A stretch of 62,824 nt of DNA, filler included, from Platydemus manokwari (taxonomy: Eukaryota): NCBI GenBank assembly GCA_037951405.1. It is 5 parts of 5 records of this genome, joined end to end, with 100 filler letters (N's around TTAATTAATTAA, not from the genome) between each part and the next. Parts side by side here need not be neighbours in the genome. Positions count along the whole stretch, not along the records: positions 1 to 22,730 come from JBBMOY011189210.1; 4 more parts are not named here. One strand, written 5' to 3'. Both the position numbers and the translations under genes were made by a program. The notes below the pieces were generated by a model. That model was not told where the DNA came from. It worked only from the letters and a program-made list of their open reading frames with translations, and searched no databases. Below are positions 1 through 13,716 of this stretch, piece by piece. Position 1 is the first letter of the stretch. Each line of letters opens with the position of its first letter.

Positions 1-891
1 AATTTCATAATTATTGAATTCAAATATCATAGTAATTAAACTTAATTACTCATTTACATTTAACTTACAAATCATTTTAGATTTATTTGAGATTTGTTAA
101 ATATACCTTGGATTATTTTTGAAAAGATTTTATTTTATCTTTAAATATAGTACATAAAAATGACAAATTACTTTCAAAACAACATCTTCCAAAGCTGAAA
201 TATTAATAATTAAAATATAAAACTTAATATCCGAGTTTTTTGACAGAGGTGGTTTCGCTATATTGTCGGTCACTGATTGTTTATATTCGATTAAATTTGA
301 ACTGTTTTAAAATTTAGTCATTGCACTATCAGAGAAATAGCCCAATCTGAGGCATAAGTGAATTTGAAATTTCTTTAATTTTATAATAATGAAGTAAATT
401 TCTTGATTTAAATGAGTAAAGTTAAGAACCATAACTTCTGAGAAATATTTTTTATTTTAAATGACAACATTATCAAGTTATCTCAAGTCTTAGACAAATC
501 ATTGCTTTCATGAAAATTGATATCTTATTCCATCAATGTCGTTCAATTTCATTGAATTGGGATTTTTATTTTATGTATTTACAATTTCGAGTTTGCGTCT
601 GATTTATTGAATATTAGAATATATGTAATGTGCATATTAACAAATAATATTTAATCGATATAGGCAAGTATCAAAGCAAAATGAGTGCATAAAACACATG
701 AATAGTGACTGGAGAAAATTGGAAAACTCGCATGAAACAATGACTTATGTGTTCATGGTGATAATTTTATAATCTGTTGGTGTAGTACAGAAAAACTATT
801 ATTTTTTAAAGTATTTTATCTGCTTGGTCGTCAATATAAAAAAATATGAGCATATTTTAATTTGTAAATTATTCGAGGAAGGTCAGAATTG

Positions 892-1859
892 GGCTCAAAT
901 TAAGAAAAAGGGCCCTTTGACCCAATTTTAAAGTAATGACTTTTCGTGAGTCATTTGATATTAGAATTTATTTGTAATCATTTTTTAATGAAATTTTAAC
1001 ATAAAATTCAATTTTAGATTAGACACCAAAAATCAACTCTAACAAGCTACTATATTTGACACTTTCAAAACATTCCTCGGCAATTTCTAAGACGATATTT
1101 AGGGCTTCGATTATATTTTTATGCCAAGATATTTCTTCATTGGTGAGGAATCTACAAATTTTGTTGTATCTCAATAAATAATTTTAAATTGTTGGTTTTA
1201 TTTAATAAAAATTGTCAATATTTGTTGATTGTTAGTCTACTAATGGATTTGTAAATATAATATATTTAAAATATAATTTTTTTATGTGATCCCCGTGCAC
1301 CGAAAATATTTTATTCAGAATGTCGAAAAGGGACAAGGCTGAATTGTTGAACCAAGTCCCTATTTGGATTCCGAAACTTATATTTTTGTGACATCTTCAC
1401 CTGTACGATTTAATTGATTTGGATCAAATCTTCATTTCATTACAATATCAACAAATTTGGGATCTATGTATCCAATCTATTAAATAGATATTAATATACT
1501 TATTTTGAGAGAAAACACAAGTACTTGTTCCTGGCACTTCACAATAATTTAGAAGTTACTTTTTATAAAATAACGCTAAAAATCTGAGATATCAATCTGA
1601 TTGCAACTAATGTTAAAAGAAGGGGTAATTTTCAATTAAATGCATTTTGACCTACTTTGACTCGTTTTTCAAATAATTAATTTTTAAGATATTTTAAAAA
1701 TCCTGTACACGTACTATTTGATTATACATAACTTAAATTTTATTCAAGTTCTTAAATAAAAAAATTCTAAGAATTTAATTAAATAATCTATATAGATTTT
1801 TGCAATACACTTCACAATTTTAAAATTTTATTTTAGGACCCTATTTTTTAACTTTAGCC
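892..1859. mobile_element. Non-autonomous TIR DNA element, Merlin-like (copy A)
   Basis: Imperfect TIRs GGCTCAAATTAAGAAAAAGGGCCC ... GGACCCTATTTTTTAACTTTAGCC. Degenerate 8-bp TSD (cagaattg 884-891 / aaaaattg 1860-1867). Subterminal sequence matches 17676-18269 in reverse orientation. GG...CC termini with an 8-bp TSD are typical of the Merlin superfamily. Confidence 0.65.
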
Positions 1860-2241
1860 AAAAATTGAAAAGTATAAATTGGATAACAACACTTAAGGTC
1901 TAGCCCAAAATAAGAAACCACTAATCAGTGTTAAGTGCCGAAGGTGATTGAAACTACAACATTCTTTCAAAGCCATTTGTTCAGCCATTGTTGAATGCCA
2001 TATGCCTAGTAATCTTATTTGAAGGAAATATCATAAACCTAGCCAAGCTTTTGACATACAAGACTGAATTTCCAATCGGACTGTAAAAGTAAAATGCCAT
2101 ATTGTAAAATCGTCGTTATTTCGTCTTCGTACTGGAATTAGAAGTGAAACATTAATCGCAGATAAAGTTCTACAAATTAATATTTAGTTGAGCATAAAAT
2201 GTTTTAAGAATAGACGAAATTCCATAAATGAAAGTATTTAT

Positions 2242-4482
2242 AGTGATGTCAGTAGAATTGACAATCATAATATTTATTTAAAAATTGAACTAATCCGCGA
2301 ATCACTAATTTAAACAAATATAAATTTCTTGTTTATTTTACCACGTTACTCGCCTCCTCTCAAACCGCTCTATCTTTTCAGCCATTCTAATCGTCTTGAT
2401 TTTATCGCATGTGGGAATTAGATCTCCTCTTGTCTGTCTGATTTGAATCCAGTAATTCGGTATGGTATTCATTCTTCTACCTCGTATGGTATCTACGCAA
2501 ACTAGCACCTTCTCTCCCACCGGAAAGATTCGATTTGATCTTTTCCCAGTGTCTCAGTTAGATATTATGTTGGCTTCCACTTTAGAATTTTCTCTGGTTG
2601 CTGTTGCAACATCATTTCGAGTCTGGTTATTGTGTTTCAAATTTGTATGAACATTGATCTTCCGCCAGTGGATTATCACGAAAGGCAAGAACTTCGTTGT
2701 TGATTGATGTGTTGGTGCATAACTATATTCTTGTCAACTTTTCTCTTGGCATCACATCTCGTACCGTCCTAATAGCCTGGTATGGTGAGTTGAATTCTTG
2801 TTTAATTCCAATTTTTTTGAGCAAGTCTTTTTCATAAATTTGTCTTTAAATTGTTTCCCGTTATCAGATGGAATGCACTTTGGCTTTCCAAAAGATAAAT
2901 CCACAAGTTCATGATAACCTAGAAGATTTTCTTTTCGTCTTCCTTAGATATAGCAGTGAGGCTCAGCAGCTTACTGAATATGTCGATAATGACTACTAGA
3001 CACTTCTTGTTACTATGCACCTTATTCATTTAAGCAATGTCCACCACGATTTGCTCTTCAGGATGGATCCATCCATTTTTCCTACGATGACCAGGAATGA
3101 ATTATAAGCACTTTTGCATGGTCTTATTACTTTTTTTCCGAGCAAGTATTTCTAAGTGCATAGTCTTCTGGGATTCCGGAAAGTAGGATTATTGGTAACC
3201 ACTAAGTCGGTTCTGCCATGAATATTTTTCCGTATTCCTTGATGTGTCTTCCCATTCTACCTGTGTTCCCAGTCTTGATCGTTTCAGTACGTGTTCAGAT
3301 CTTTCCCCATATATATATATATTTGTCTTTACATCGTAATGAATCGATTTTGGATATCTCTTTCATCTGAATTCCGAATGCATTCATCGTGTCAACATCT
3401 CTGATGAAGTCGGGTTAAATTCTTTTGTAATTATTATCCTGAGTTTCCTTATCATTCCTTGTCACTAGGTAGTCACTTCTGCATACACCAAAGGGCATTT
3501 GACACCCGTTGAAAACACTCCACTAAACTTAATCAAGCGAAATTTTAATATTGGGCTTCCCACTTCCATCCAATAGCTCTCACTTATCACTGTGAAAAAC
3601 GCTCCTGAATCTAACAACATCTCTTCTTTATTCTACATCCTGGTAACGTCCTTCTTAAACATCTCTTCACACATAATTCCATTTCGATTTTTCTTGTTAC
3701 CTATCAATTCAGCCTCACCAAAAAAACGAATAAAATGGATTTGTTGTGATTTTTTAGGTCTTCTACCTCGTGGATCAAAGTGCTACTCGACCTCATCTTG
3801 AATACATAAAATTCTACCTTCTACTCCGCATCTGATGCCTCGTATTGAATAGCACGATCTAAAATGATGACCTTGTTATCCACTTATTAAACATTTGTTT
3901 TTTAGGGGCACTGGCTTCTGTAGTTTCCGCTTTCTCTACAGCAGAAGAACTTGTCTGCTCGTAAGCGTTCTTCATTTAAATCTGGCATACCTCGACACTT
4001 ATGGTACAGTTTCTTGGCCATGCATTTCATCGAGTACGCTGGTCTATCTCTAACTGAGGCGAACTTCTGCTCTGACGGTATGGATTCCGGGTTTCGTGTT
4101 CTGATAGTATGTGTTGGTTTATAACTACTTGACTAATTGCTTTCTTTTTTGAAATGGTTATTCCATTGGTTGCTTCTTCCAGTTTTTAGCATAGTTATCT
4201 TTACAAATTGTCTTGATTGCCCAGGAATCTCGTTGCATGCTTAGTTTTCGATCCTCGAAGAGCTTCATAGCACTCTTAACTTCCATTATATCCATATCTG
4301 GCTTTAGAACAAGAGAGTCTTTAAACCCATTCGATCGTGTTCTCTTGCATTTATTTAAATGGTGTGATTGCCAGTTACGTCATCGGAATTCAAAATCATA
4401 ATATTTATTAAAAAAACTGAACTTTTCAGTGAATCACTTATTTAAATAAATATAACCTGTTTGTTTATTTTACCCCGTTACT
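2242..4482 (-). mobile_element. Degenerate Ty3/Gypsy-like LTR element with both LTRs; gag zinc knuckles, protease and integrase remnants; no RT
   Basis: ~110-bp direct repeats 2242-2350 and 4373-4482 with AGT...ACT termini. TGG-starting PBS-like sequence at the 5' LTR end, purine tract GAGAGGAGGCG before the 3' LTR, near-TSD tttat/cttat. Minus-strand remnants: paired CCHC-like knuckles (~3950-3850), EMLLDSGAFFTVIS protease (~3625-3580), integrase VVIIDIFSKL and FGKPKCIPSDNGKQF (~3000-2850). Confidence 0.8.
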
Positions 4483-7439
4483 CTTATATTTGTAGGAACA
4501 CCAATTGAACTTAATTTGAAGTTCGAGGTACCGATTTTATCAATAAACTGTTAAATTCAAGTTTATTGAAAATAAATTACATGGTTTGATTCCTTTATAT
4601 TTATTCAATTCACAATTATGTTGTGAAATTTGATGATTATGTGCTCTAAATTGTATTTGTAAACGCTGCATTTAATATCCCCAAGTTATATCTGACCTCC
4701 TTTTTTAATAGGTTTTCAAATAACGCTTATGAATTCTATGCTTATAATCTGGTCATTATTGCACTTTACAAATTGTGATTTCATTAATTATTACTTCCTA
4801 CCATGTCTTTGAGTATCAATCTTCTGTGATTTTGTGTTTATCAAATCTTAAATCATACATGTGATTTTTAATTTATTATTATCATTAATCTTTTGTTAAT
4901 TTTTTTCGGGACTTTTAATAGTTTTCGTGAATGTTTATTCTTAAAAATGTATTTGTTTTTTCAAGTAATTCTAAAAAATATTTAGTAAAAAGTCAATTGC
5001 ATCAAAATTTAGACTTAATTCAACTGATATCGGGATACCAGATGTTAAAAATACCTCGAAATCTGTTCGATTTACCAAGTATGTCAAAAACCTCGTGAAA
5101 TTACGCCCAAATCTTGAAATTTAAAAGTAAAAGGGTATATTTTACTTCTGGGTCGCTATTACTTCCGATTAGTTAATTAGAGGCTTTTAAATCAACATTT
5201 TTAGCTGGACTACATGTTTCAATCGAGAAACAGACACAAAATGATCATACTATCAAACCGGCAATGCCAGTGAAGAATGAAGGAAACCCTCCAATCAAAA
5301 TTCTAAAGCAGGCCTAAGAAATCTTAAAAAGATAAAAATCAATATACACAAATTTAACACTATAGAACAAGTAAGCTTTGGCAGAAATTCTGCATTTTCA
5401 TTGTGATTTTATTGTGCATTCTTTTAATCTTCTGACCACCACTAACTCCCTTTTGTTTGTTATACTTTGATACTTGAGGTTGATATTTCGAGCCTTTTTT
5501 ACAATATTTGTCTTTTTTGTGCTTGATGAAATGTACGGTTTCATAATCGTAACAAATTGCTGGAATTATTGAAAAATATAATCATTGTGTCGGTGATTGA
5601 TTTAAGCTGATTGGCTTTGTTACTAATTTGTTAGTGTACTAGTATGATGACATTTTATTGTATCTATAATTTGGTTTATTTTATTTTAATTCGTTACTTA
5701 ATATAATTATAATGATTTATATTTAATGATCATTGAATTTATTCACCTAATTATATACTTTTTCAGTTTAGCCTTAATTTTATAATTTTAAATCCTCCTA
5801 ATCAGCAATTTTCTCAAAAGGAAAAACAATTATTGCGCCTACTTTTATATTAAACTACATATTCCTACTACAATCACTTTCAAGATTAAATATTGTTAAG
5901 AATTTTCAATAAACAAACTGGTGATTAATCAGTTTATTGTCATAAAGCCATTAAGTCTGCAACTTCAAATAGTGAATTGCATATATTATTGTTTCATCCT
6001 ACTGAGTTTCACTTGGGACAATTATTTGGATCGTCAGAATCCTTCTATTGAGTTATTTGTTTTGTTTGTTATCATTGCCTCAACAATATCGTTAGCAAAT
6101 TCATAATTCACACATTCCTGTTAATCAATCGTTCAAATAGAATGAAACACAAAAACAAACAACTTGCTATGACATGTCCTCAATGAATTATGGCACTGAA
6201 ACGTACTATTGAAGTTCTATTAGTTACACTTCACTAATTAATTGTTAGGAAGAGTCAAAAAATATTGAAAACAAATCTTTACCGAATGATTAGTAATCCT
6301 TGTGAAATAAAGGGTTTGATTTTCAGAAGATTCATTGAGCTCGTAGTGTTTTTACGTAATTTATGCCTGACTCCGAAGGCGCAGAAAGAAGTGATAAAAA
6401 TAATTTAAATACATAAATAAATAAACATAATAGATACGATTAATCGATTTATTTCAAATTTCAAATTTGGTATGATCACAAATATGATTTACAATATCAA
6501 ATGTTAACACGAATAATTAATTATCAATTGGCACAAACAAATATCCTGGTGAATTGCTGAATTATTTAATTAATTTCTATTGTTCCGTTTTAAGTTTATA
6601 ATATATATGCGTTCATCAATTTATCAAAAGGATTATTTCCATTTGAATTTGAGACTTTGTATTTGAGTAAAAATTTCTATTTTTGTTAATTTCTCATTTG
6701 TTGTGTTTATATTTTTATAAATCAATGTTTGTGTATGTACATCGCTCTTGAGGCTTTATCCAATTAAATATTTATTTATTTTTTTCTATAAAGTATAAAG
6801 TATATTTCTATAAGAATTAAAATTTCAGATATAAAAATCCCAAACTTACTTTGTCATTTAAGAATTAAAATTTCATTTTCATGAATCTCTAAACAATGGA
6901 AAATATCTACTGGGGAAAAACCTCACCCCAAATAATAATTAATAATATATTAACAATTATTTGATTCTAGGGTTCACACAAAAAACTTTATCTAAAAAGA
7001 CAACAATCCAAAAATATAAAAATAAATAAAAATAAAAAAGTTCTTAAAATAGAATAAAAACAAGAATAAAGAAAACAATAAAAAATAGTATAATTAATAA
7101 TTGAAAACCTTACACAAACTATCTCCTAATTTAAACAAGCCAAATTACTTAGCTGCGTAGAAACCATTCAAGAAGAAATCAATTACACATGCATGATTCT
7201 GCTAAACTATAGTGAAGGAAAAAGAAAAAATTGTAGAAGCTTTTGCAACGATTAATTATTATAAGTTAGAACAAAAATGAATGAGAATTACAATCCGTTC
7301 ATAGTGACAGAAATTCGATGTACACTCAAGGAAATCAAAATAACTTCCTTCTTTATTCTACAAATCTAAATTTTAATAAATTTTATGTTGATAATTACAA
7401 TGTGCATTTTTAGGATTTCCTTTGTTTGGAACCATTTCA

Positions 7440-7600
7440 ACCAAATCTTCATTAATCTCTCGAGTCCATAGCAATGTAATATTATGGAGTGGTTGCTGGA
7501 ACTTTAGGCCCAACCATCAGTGACACCTTGATGGCAAATTGGGCTATTACGGCCAACGGCATAGAGGCCATCCTAAACAATTCCTCCAATACAATGGAAT
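7440..7600 (-). pseudogene. Possible highly decayed mariner transposase C-terminal fragment
   Basis: GC-richer island. With frameshifts the minus strand resembles LEELGW.L..PPYSPDLAPS..H.FG.LK (mariner YSPDL region). Needs several indels to align. Confidence 0.3.
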
Positions 7601-8343
7601 TTTCATTAATTAATCAAATTTATTATTTGAATCAAATCCCTGGATATTTGTTGTTATTAATCAGCTATAATTGCTGCCATCAATCATTTTAGTTCTGTCT
7701 CTATTCAATGTTGTGATTGATTTTGATTTACCTATTATATTTGATTGTAATATTGAATATTTATTTTATTATTTTATTTTCACTTCAACGTGTCTTATTT
7801 CTATCAAAGAGTCACGCCTACTGGAATAAAATTTTAATAAAAAATTACAATGAGCGTTTCATAGCTGAAATATAATCGCCAACATATAATAGAGCTCTCT
7901 TAGATTCTAAAATCTGTTGCAAAACTGATAAAACCCATTTAAAGTATAACTTATTTGAAAGCATTTATAATTCTCAAAAAAACATTTCATTTTCATTTTC
8001 TTAAACTATTTTCAATTATTCAATTTAATTAGAAAATGTTTAAATAACATAACAAGATTCACAAATAAACACAAATAAATGAACCCATAAACACAACAAG
8101 TCATATTCTACATAGTGACACACAAAATAAACATGGAATCATATTAATATCAATGATAGCATCCAGAAATACAAAGTAAAAAAATAAGCAAACAGCTCTT
8201 AAGTAAATTAATAAATATGCTAGCCAAAAAGGAGATACACACAAAAATTACCTGAGAAAAATGTTACTTGAAGAAATTAATCAGAAAAGCACCGAATATA
8301 CCAAGCAATATTTTTCTTCATTCTGTGTTACATATCAATTTAA

Positions 8344-8589
8344 CCACTTAATGCGAGGGTTTTTCTGTGAAATGAGGTCAAAAACAGGTTAAAAGTTAAA
8401 AAAGGTCAAAATAAATATACACTAAGCTCTATGAAATACACACGGGCGATGTATACACTGGGGTTGTATATACAGATAAAAGTATAAAAGTATAAACATA
8501 ATATTTATAAGTGGCGAGAGGTGCTCAAGATAGTGCAAATCGGAACACATTTGATGCGCTAGAGGGTCTCATTCGAGATGCTTAAGTGG
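8344..8589. mobile_element. piggyBac-like MITE (copy 1)
   Basis: TTAA on both sides (8340-8343, 8590-8593). TIR CCACTTAA(T)GC / GCTTAAGTGG. Second copy at 15583-15813. Confidence 0.75.
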
Positions 8590-9479
8590 TTAATAATAAA
8601 ACTACTACCGAGGCATTACTCAAATTATAAAAGCTTTGAAGAAGTTCAACGGAAACAAACATTTGTTCACATTCTAAACTACTCTTTTTTTCAAACCATT
8701 TTCGACTAGGCTCGAATAATAATAAGTCCTGTCACTAGTTACTGTTTGTCAGCTACAGCCTTTAAGGCGTAACAGTAGCTATGCTTTAAACTATCAAGTA
8801 ACACACATTTAATATTAATTGATTTATAATTGTGTACCGTAAAATAAATACTTCAGATATTTTTAATTTGATCACTCACTTATTTTATGTTAGGAATTAA
8901 TATTTAGTGGAAGTTATCAACCAATTATTTACTGTTGACAGCATTACGATTTACTATAACTATTGGTAACACTTCTAATTTTACGTTTGCAGGACAAATA
9001 AAGCTCCGTAAATTATTCTGTGTGCGTGTTTGTGTGTCAGGGGATAAAAATGGTTTTTAAGGGTCCAATGTTTTTGCAATTTACTCCAAAAATTGTCAAT
9101 AATTCTACTTAACGATTTCACAATCGTTTTCTGTATATGGTTTCAGATAAATAAATATTAAAAACTTGGTTACAGATAAAAATGTATTATTAAGTAACTT
9201 CAAAAGATTTGCCATCTTTTGTGAAACTCTACCGCAACAATAATAAACAGAATAATAAAATTTCAAATGAATCATAAAAATAAACACTCTAAAAATAAAC
9301 AGAAGAAATATAAAATCTAAAAATCCAAAAATAATAACTAAATCAAAAAATAGAAATTAAAAAAACCCAGCTGAAAAAATCAGATAAATAATAACTAACT
9401 CATATAAATACGAGTAATAATACTCATAAAAATCTCATAATTATTAAGTACGCCAGGAGAATAATAGGTTGATTTATAA

Positions 9480-10030
9480 ATTAAAAATTCAATTTATAAA
9501 ATCAAAACATTGGAACTTGATTTGGTGATTAAATTTATTCTTAATCGACATCCTAGGAAGTGAGCTATCAGCTGAATTATATAAATAAATTATATATCAC
9601 AAAATTGTAAAACCATTCATAAAGAAAATTAAATATTTTTCAAAAAAATGATTATAATATAAATTTTGTTGATAACAAATATTCTAAAAATCTTTAGTTA
9701 TATTTTTACTACACTTTTACCGTTTTTCGAGGGTTGATATATTCATGGAGTGCATTTGATAGCACATTTTTGAGAAAGTCGGTGAAGGACAAAACACCTT
9801 CTGTAGGATTTTTTAATTTTACAAGTTAGATTGTTTTTTTTTAATTTTAAATCATCTTAGTTAACTCTTGACAAACTTTTTAATATAATTTGTTTTTATA
9901 TAAAATTGTAAAATTTACAGTATCTCCCAATTTGCTTCTAATGTTAAAAGAAGGGATCCTCGTTAATTTACAATAAATTCCAATTTAACCTACTTTGATC
10001 AGTTTTCCAAATAATAATTTATCAAGATTT
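9480..10030. repeat. Internal fragments related to the Merlin-like element
   Basis: 9510-9600 resembles 18085-18180. 9935-10020 (ctaatgttaaaagaaggg...acctactttga) resembles 1605-1680. No clear TIRs. Confidence 0.5.
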
Positions 10031-13000
10031 TATATCAAATATTCCAAAAAACTGTTGAAGATATTATAGTGACAATACTATTTTAACAAAATACATATCG
10101 GAGATCAAAGAAATTAATTTATAAAAAGATTTCTTCGACAATCAAATTAGATATGTTAAAGGGAAGTTTCTGGTTTACTGATGACATTCATTATTAACAT
10201 CATTCCATGTGTATTAACATTAAAGGAAATCTTTTGAATTTAATAATTACTTCGTTCTTTATCGTTTTTAATTAAATTTAATACTGGTTGCATATATTCT
10301 AGTAAATCTGCAAATGAGTAGCAATAATTGGTTACTCATTTCTTTATTTAAATTCGTTTTTGTAATATAATTATATTATGCTGGATCTATTATTATAATC
10401 AACGAATTATAAATTTTATGGATGGGCTTTTAGTTTTGGGGTTATGTAAAACATGTTTTAAATATACAATGATTCTATTACCTATTTTTAGTTCTTTGTG
10501 GGTAATATTAAGAGATTTGATTAAGTGACAGATTTTAATATTTTGCTTATATTAGAAAATATTAGAAAATTAAGTAAAATCGTTAGATATATTAAAATTT
10601 TATTTAAAGAAAAAGAAAAATGAAGAATTTAAAAATGAGAAACTCATAAAATTGTATTCAATACTAAATTTTGTTAATGTCAAAAAATAACGCGAAATAA
10701 AATAATGCAACGACAAAAAATGCAATCTGTTTATATATCTTAGTTTATATTGACGGGAAGTTTATTATACGCACACAATTTAATGAGTAGATTGATTGAC
10801 ATTTATAATTGAGTTTTTCGTTTGTGTGATAAAGATAAATAAAGATATTTTACTTTAATTTATTTTAAATTATTCAATCCTCAACACACACCCGAATGTG
10901 ATGTGCAATAAATCTTGTGTAATAAAACATCAACTTCCGGAACAAATGCAAATCCATTAAATACGTAACAATATTTTTCTTAATTATTTATTTACTTCAT
11001 ATACTATGAGTAGAAGAATCCGAAAAAAAATAACTAGCATTGGCAACTCGCAAATCCTTTATTATTTACTTATGTGCATACCCAAAAATTCTTACAAGCC
11101 CGTACAGTGACCAATCAAAATTATAATAGAAAGCCTCAATTAGACGAAACACATAATCACACAAACACGGAATTGACCAGTCTCACTCGTTAAATATCAC
11201 TAAGTCGAAAATCCCGAATCATAGAAACCAAATGAAAGTCAAACACAAATGACACACGTAGGAACTGGAACAATAAACATAGATTGGATTAAGACTTTTA
11301 ATTTAATTTTCTCTTGTTTAGCCTTATTTTGCTTGTGAAATATTTGTTATTGGTTTAAAGCTACATTGATCTTTTTGATATACGATAAAATAGTTTTCTT
11401 CGTTAATTCATTTCTAAAACATAGAGCTGCTTTTGTAAAGAGAAATTCAACCAATAAGTATTTCAAAAATAAATGAGTTTTATAACTATGTTCAAAATTA
11501 TAATAAATGCTAGTAGTCGATAATAAATAAATGTTCAATTAAGGTGATACCAAGTTGGTAATCTTAACTGAGTTCAACTGTATTGAAATTATTAAATATT
11601 ATTATATTATTTATTAAAAAACAAATTGTGATAATAAATTTTATTGTGTTCCTGTTTACCAAAATTTTAAATGTTTTTAAAACTTTGTTATAAACTTTTA
11701 TAATTTGGTTTTGATGATTTACCTTTAATTGATTAATACTAAGATCTATTAACAACATATAAAAATATTAGTGGACAAAAATAATTGTATAGAATTGAAT
11801 AATACTTAAATAGATTTATTACCGTCAATTTAGATAATTAATTTCAAAAGTTTCAAATTGTAAGACAGCATAATAAACAAAATCGTCGACAATCAATTAC
11901 ATAATTGTTTGAGTTTAGAATTAATCTTTATTGTTATTTCTGTCCACTTATTTAGTAATTTTGACCATATATAAATAGATTTAGTTTAAATTATAAAACC
12001 GGTAAATAAACAACGATTGGTTATTTGTTTATTACCCAGTTCATATTCTGATTTTCCAAAAAAATCCTTTGTAAAAAGCCTATGCAGTGACATTAACGAG
12101 CTTTCATACATAAGCATTAATAGTAGGTCGATGAAAAAACCACTGTTTTCCAGTTAACTCAGTTTTGTCTTAAATATTCGGGTTAATATCTAATTATAGA
12201 AATCTTTTCTAATTAATGACAAACATGGATTTTGGAAAATGAGTATGGTTGTTTAAAAGGGTTCAAAAACTAGTCTAATCAACAATATTTAAATATATTT
12301 CAGAATATTTCTTTAAAAATTACAAAATAATATTAAGATTAAATAGAATTTTCTTTCAACTCACATAATAAGAATAAGTTCAAAGTATAAATCGTATATA
12401 TGTATTTTATTTCAACTGACTAGAACAAACTTATGAAAGAATTTTCGGCATTGTAGAAAGTGTAAAAATATTTTAATATCTTATCCAAATATCATAATTA
12501 TTGAACTTACAATTTAGAGCTATACTCAATCATTTAAAGGTTTGATAACATATTAAGTATCAATTTTACGTAGCTAATCTAAAGTTGTGATGAAGTTAAA
12601 ATATTTCAATAAAACTTATGCTGAATAATTTACTTTCAGCTTTATATTTTTTGTCAATAGCTTATGTGAATTGTTTCGAGATTAATTAATATAAAAGTTG
12701 AACCGAAAATATAAATTTAAAATGATTTTAATAAACACATTAATTTGATAGAATTATGACTCTTAAATATGAGGTGTAACCAAGAAGTTGTTTGATACGC
12801 TAACATCTGTTATATAGGCAAAAAGGTAAGGATGCTATTGACAATGAAAGAATTTTAGAGTAGGCTTAACATTCAGGAATACTCTTTTATTTCAAATAAC
12901 AAGAATAACGCCTATATAATCATATAAAGTCGATGCGTCTATGCACTTAAAACTTTATCTCTCAAAATCATCAACACAAAAACCCTAATGAATGTTTCTC

Positions 13001-13716
13001 ACAAAAATTAATAATATATTTTTAGTGCAAGTATATTAATTTACAATTATGAATACTTGACACATATTAGAGCTGTATGAAAGTTTCGAAGCCAACAGAA
13101 AAAATTTAAGTGCCCAAAATAAATCAATGCCGAATTGACAACAATAAAAAACTAGTTTGAAAAAGCCAAAAATATCATCACAAAAGTATGTTCTGAGTTG
13201 AATTTAATATCGGTAAAAATATATAACTGCAGAACTAATAATAAAAAATACAATTTTTCAAACTCAACAATTGCAAAAATGTGAAAATCGTGACACTAAC
13301 TGTTTTTTTGTAAGACAACCAATCAATTTTTATCAACAAACAAAAAATGTACATACGCGCTACAAAAAATTAGAATGGTTTTAAAAAATTACGTAGAAAT
13401 AATATCTTATAAATCGAAAATAATACAAATCGCTATTACTATTATTCCATAGCAATTATTTGTAATAATAGTTATCAACACAATAAAATTAGAAAACGAT
13501 TTCCATTGGATAATAGATTGGATGTTGGAATAATTAATTGAGTTTTCAGAATAATAATAATAATGATAATAATATAACAGTGAATAAAATTTTTCGTCTA
13601 TATTTGCATTTTTCATCTTTAGCTTTTATATTTTATCAAATTGAGAATCAGAGAAAATTAATTAAACAATAACAAATAGAAAAATCAACAGATTGGATGT
13701 ATTAAATAGTCACACG

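Noticed and set aside
5921-13616. Numerous 60-70 aa ORFs rich in I/L/F/N/K/Y
   Set aside because: Composition expected from random AT-rich intergenic DNA; many start at non-ATG codons.
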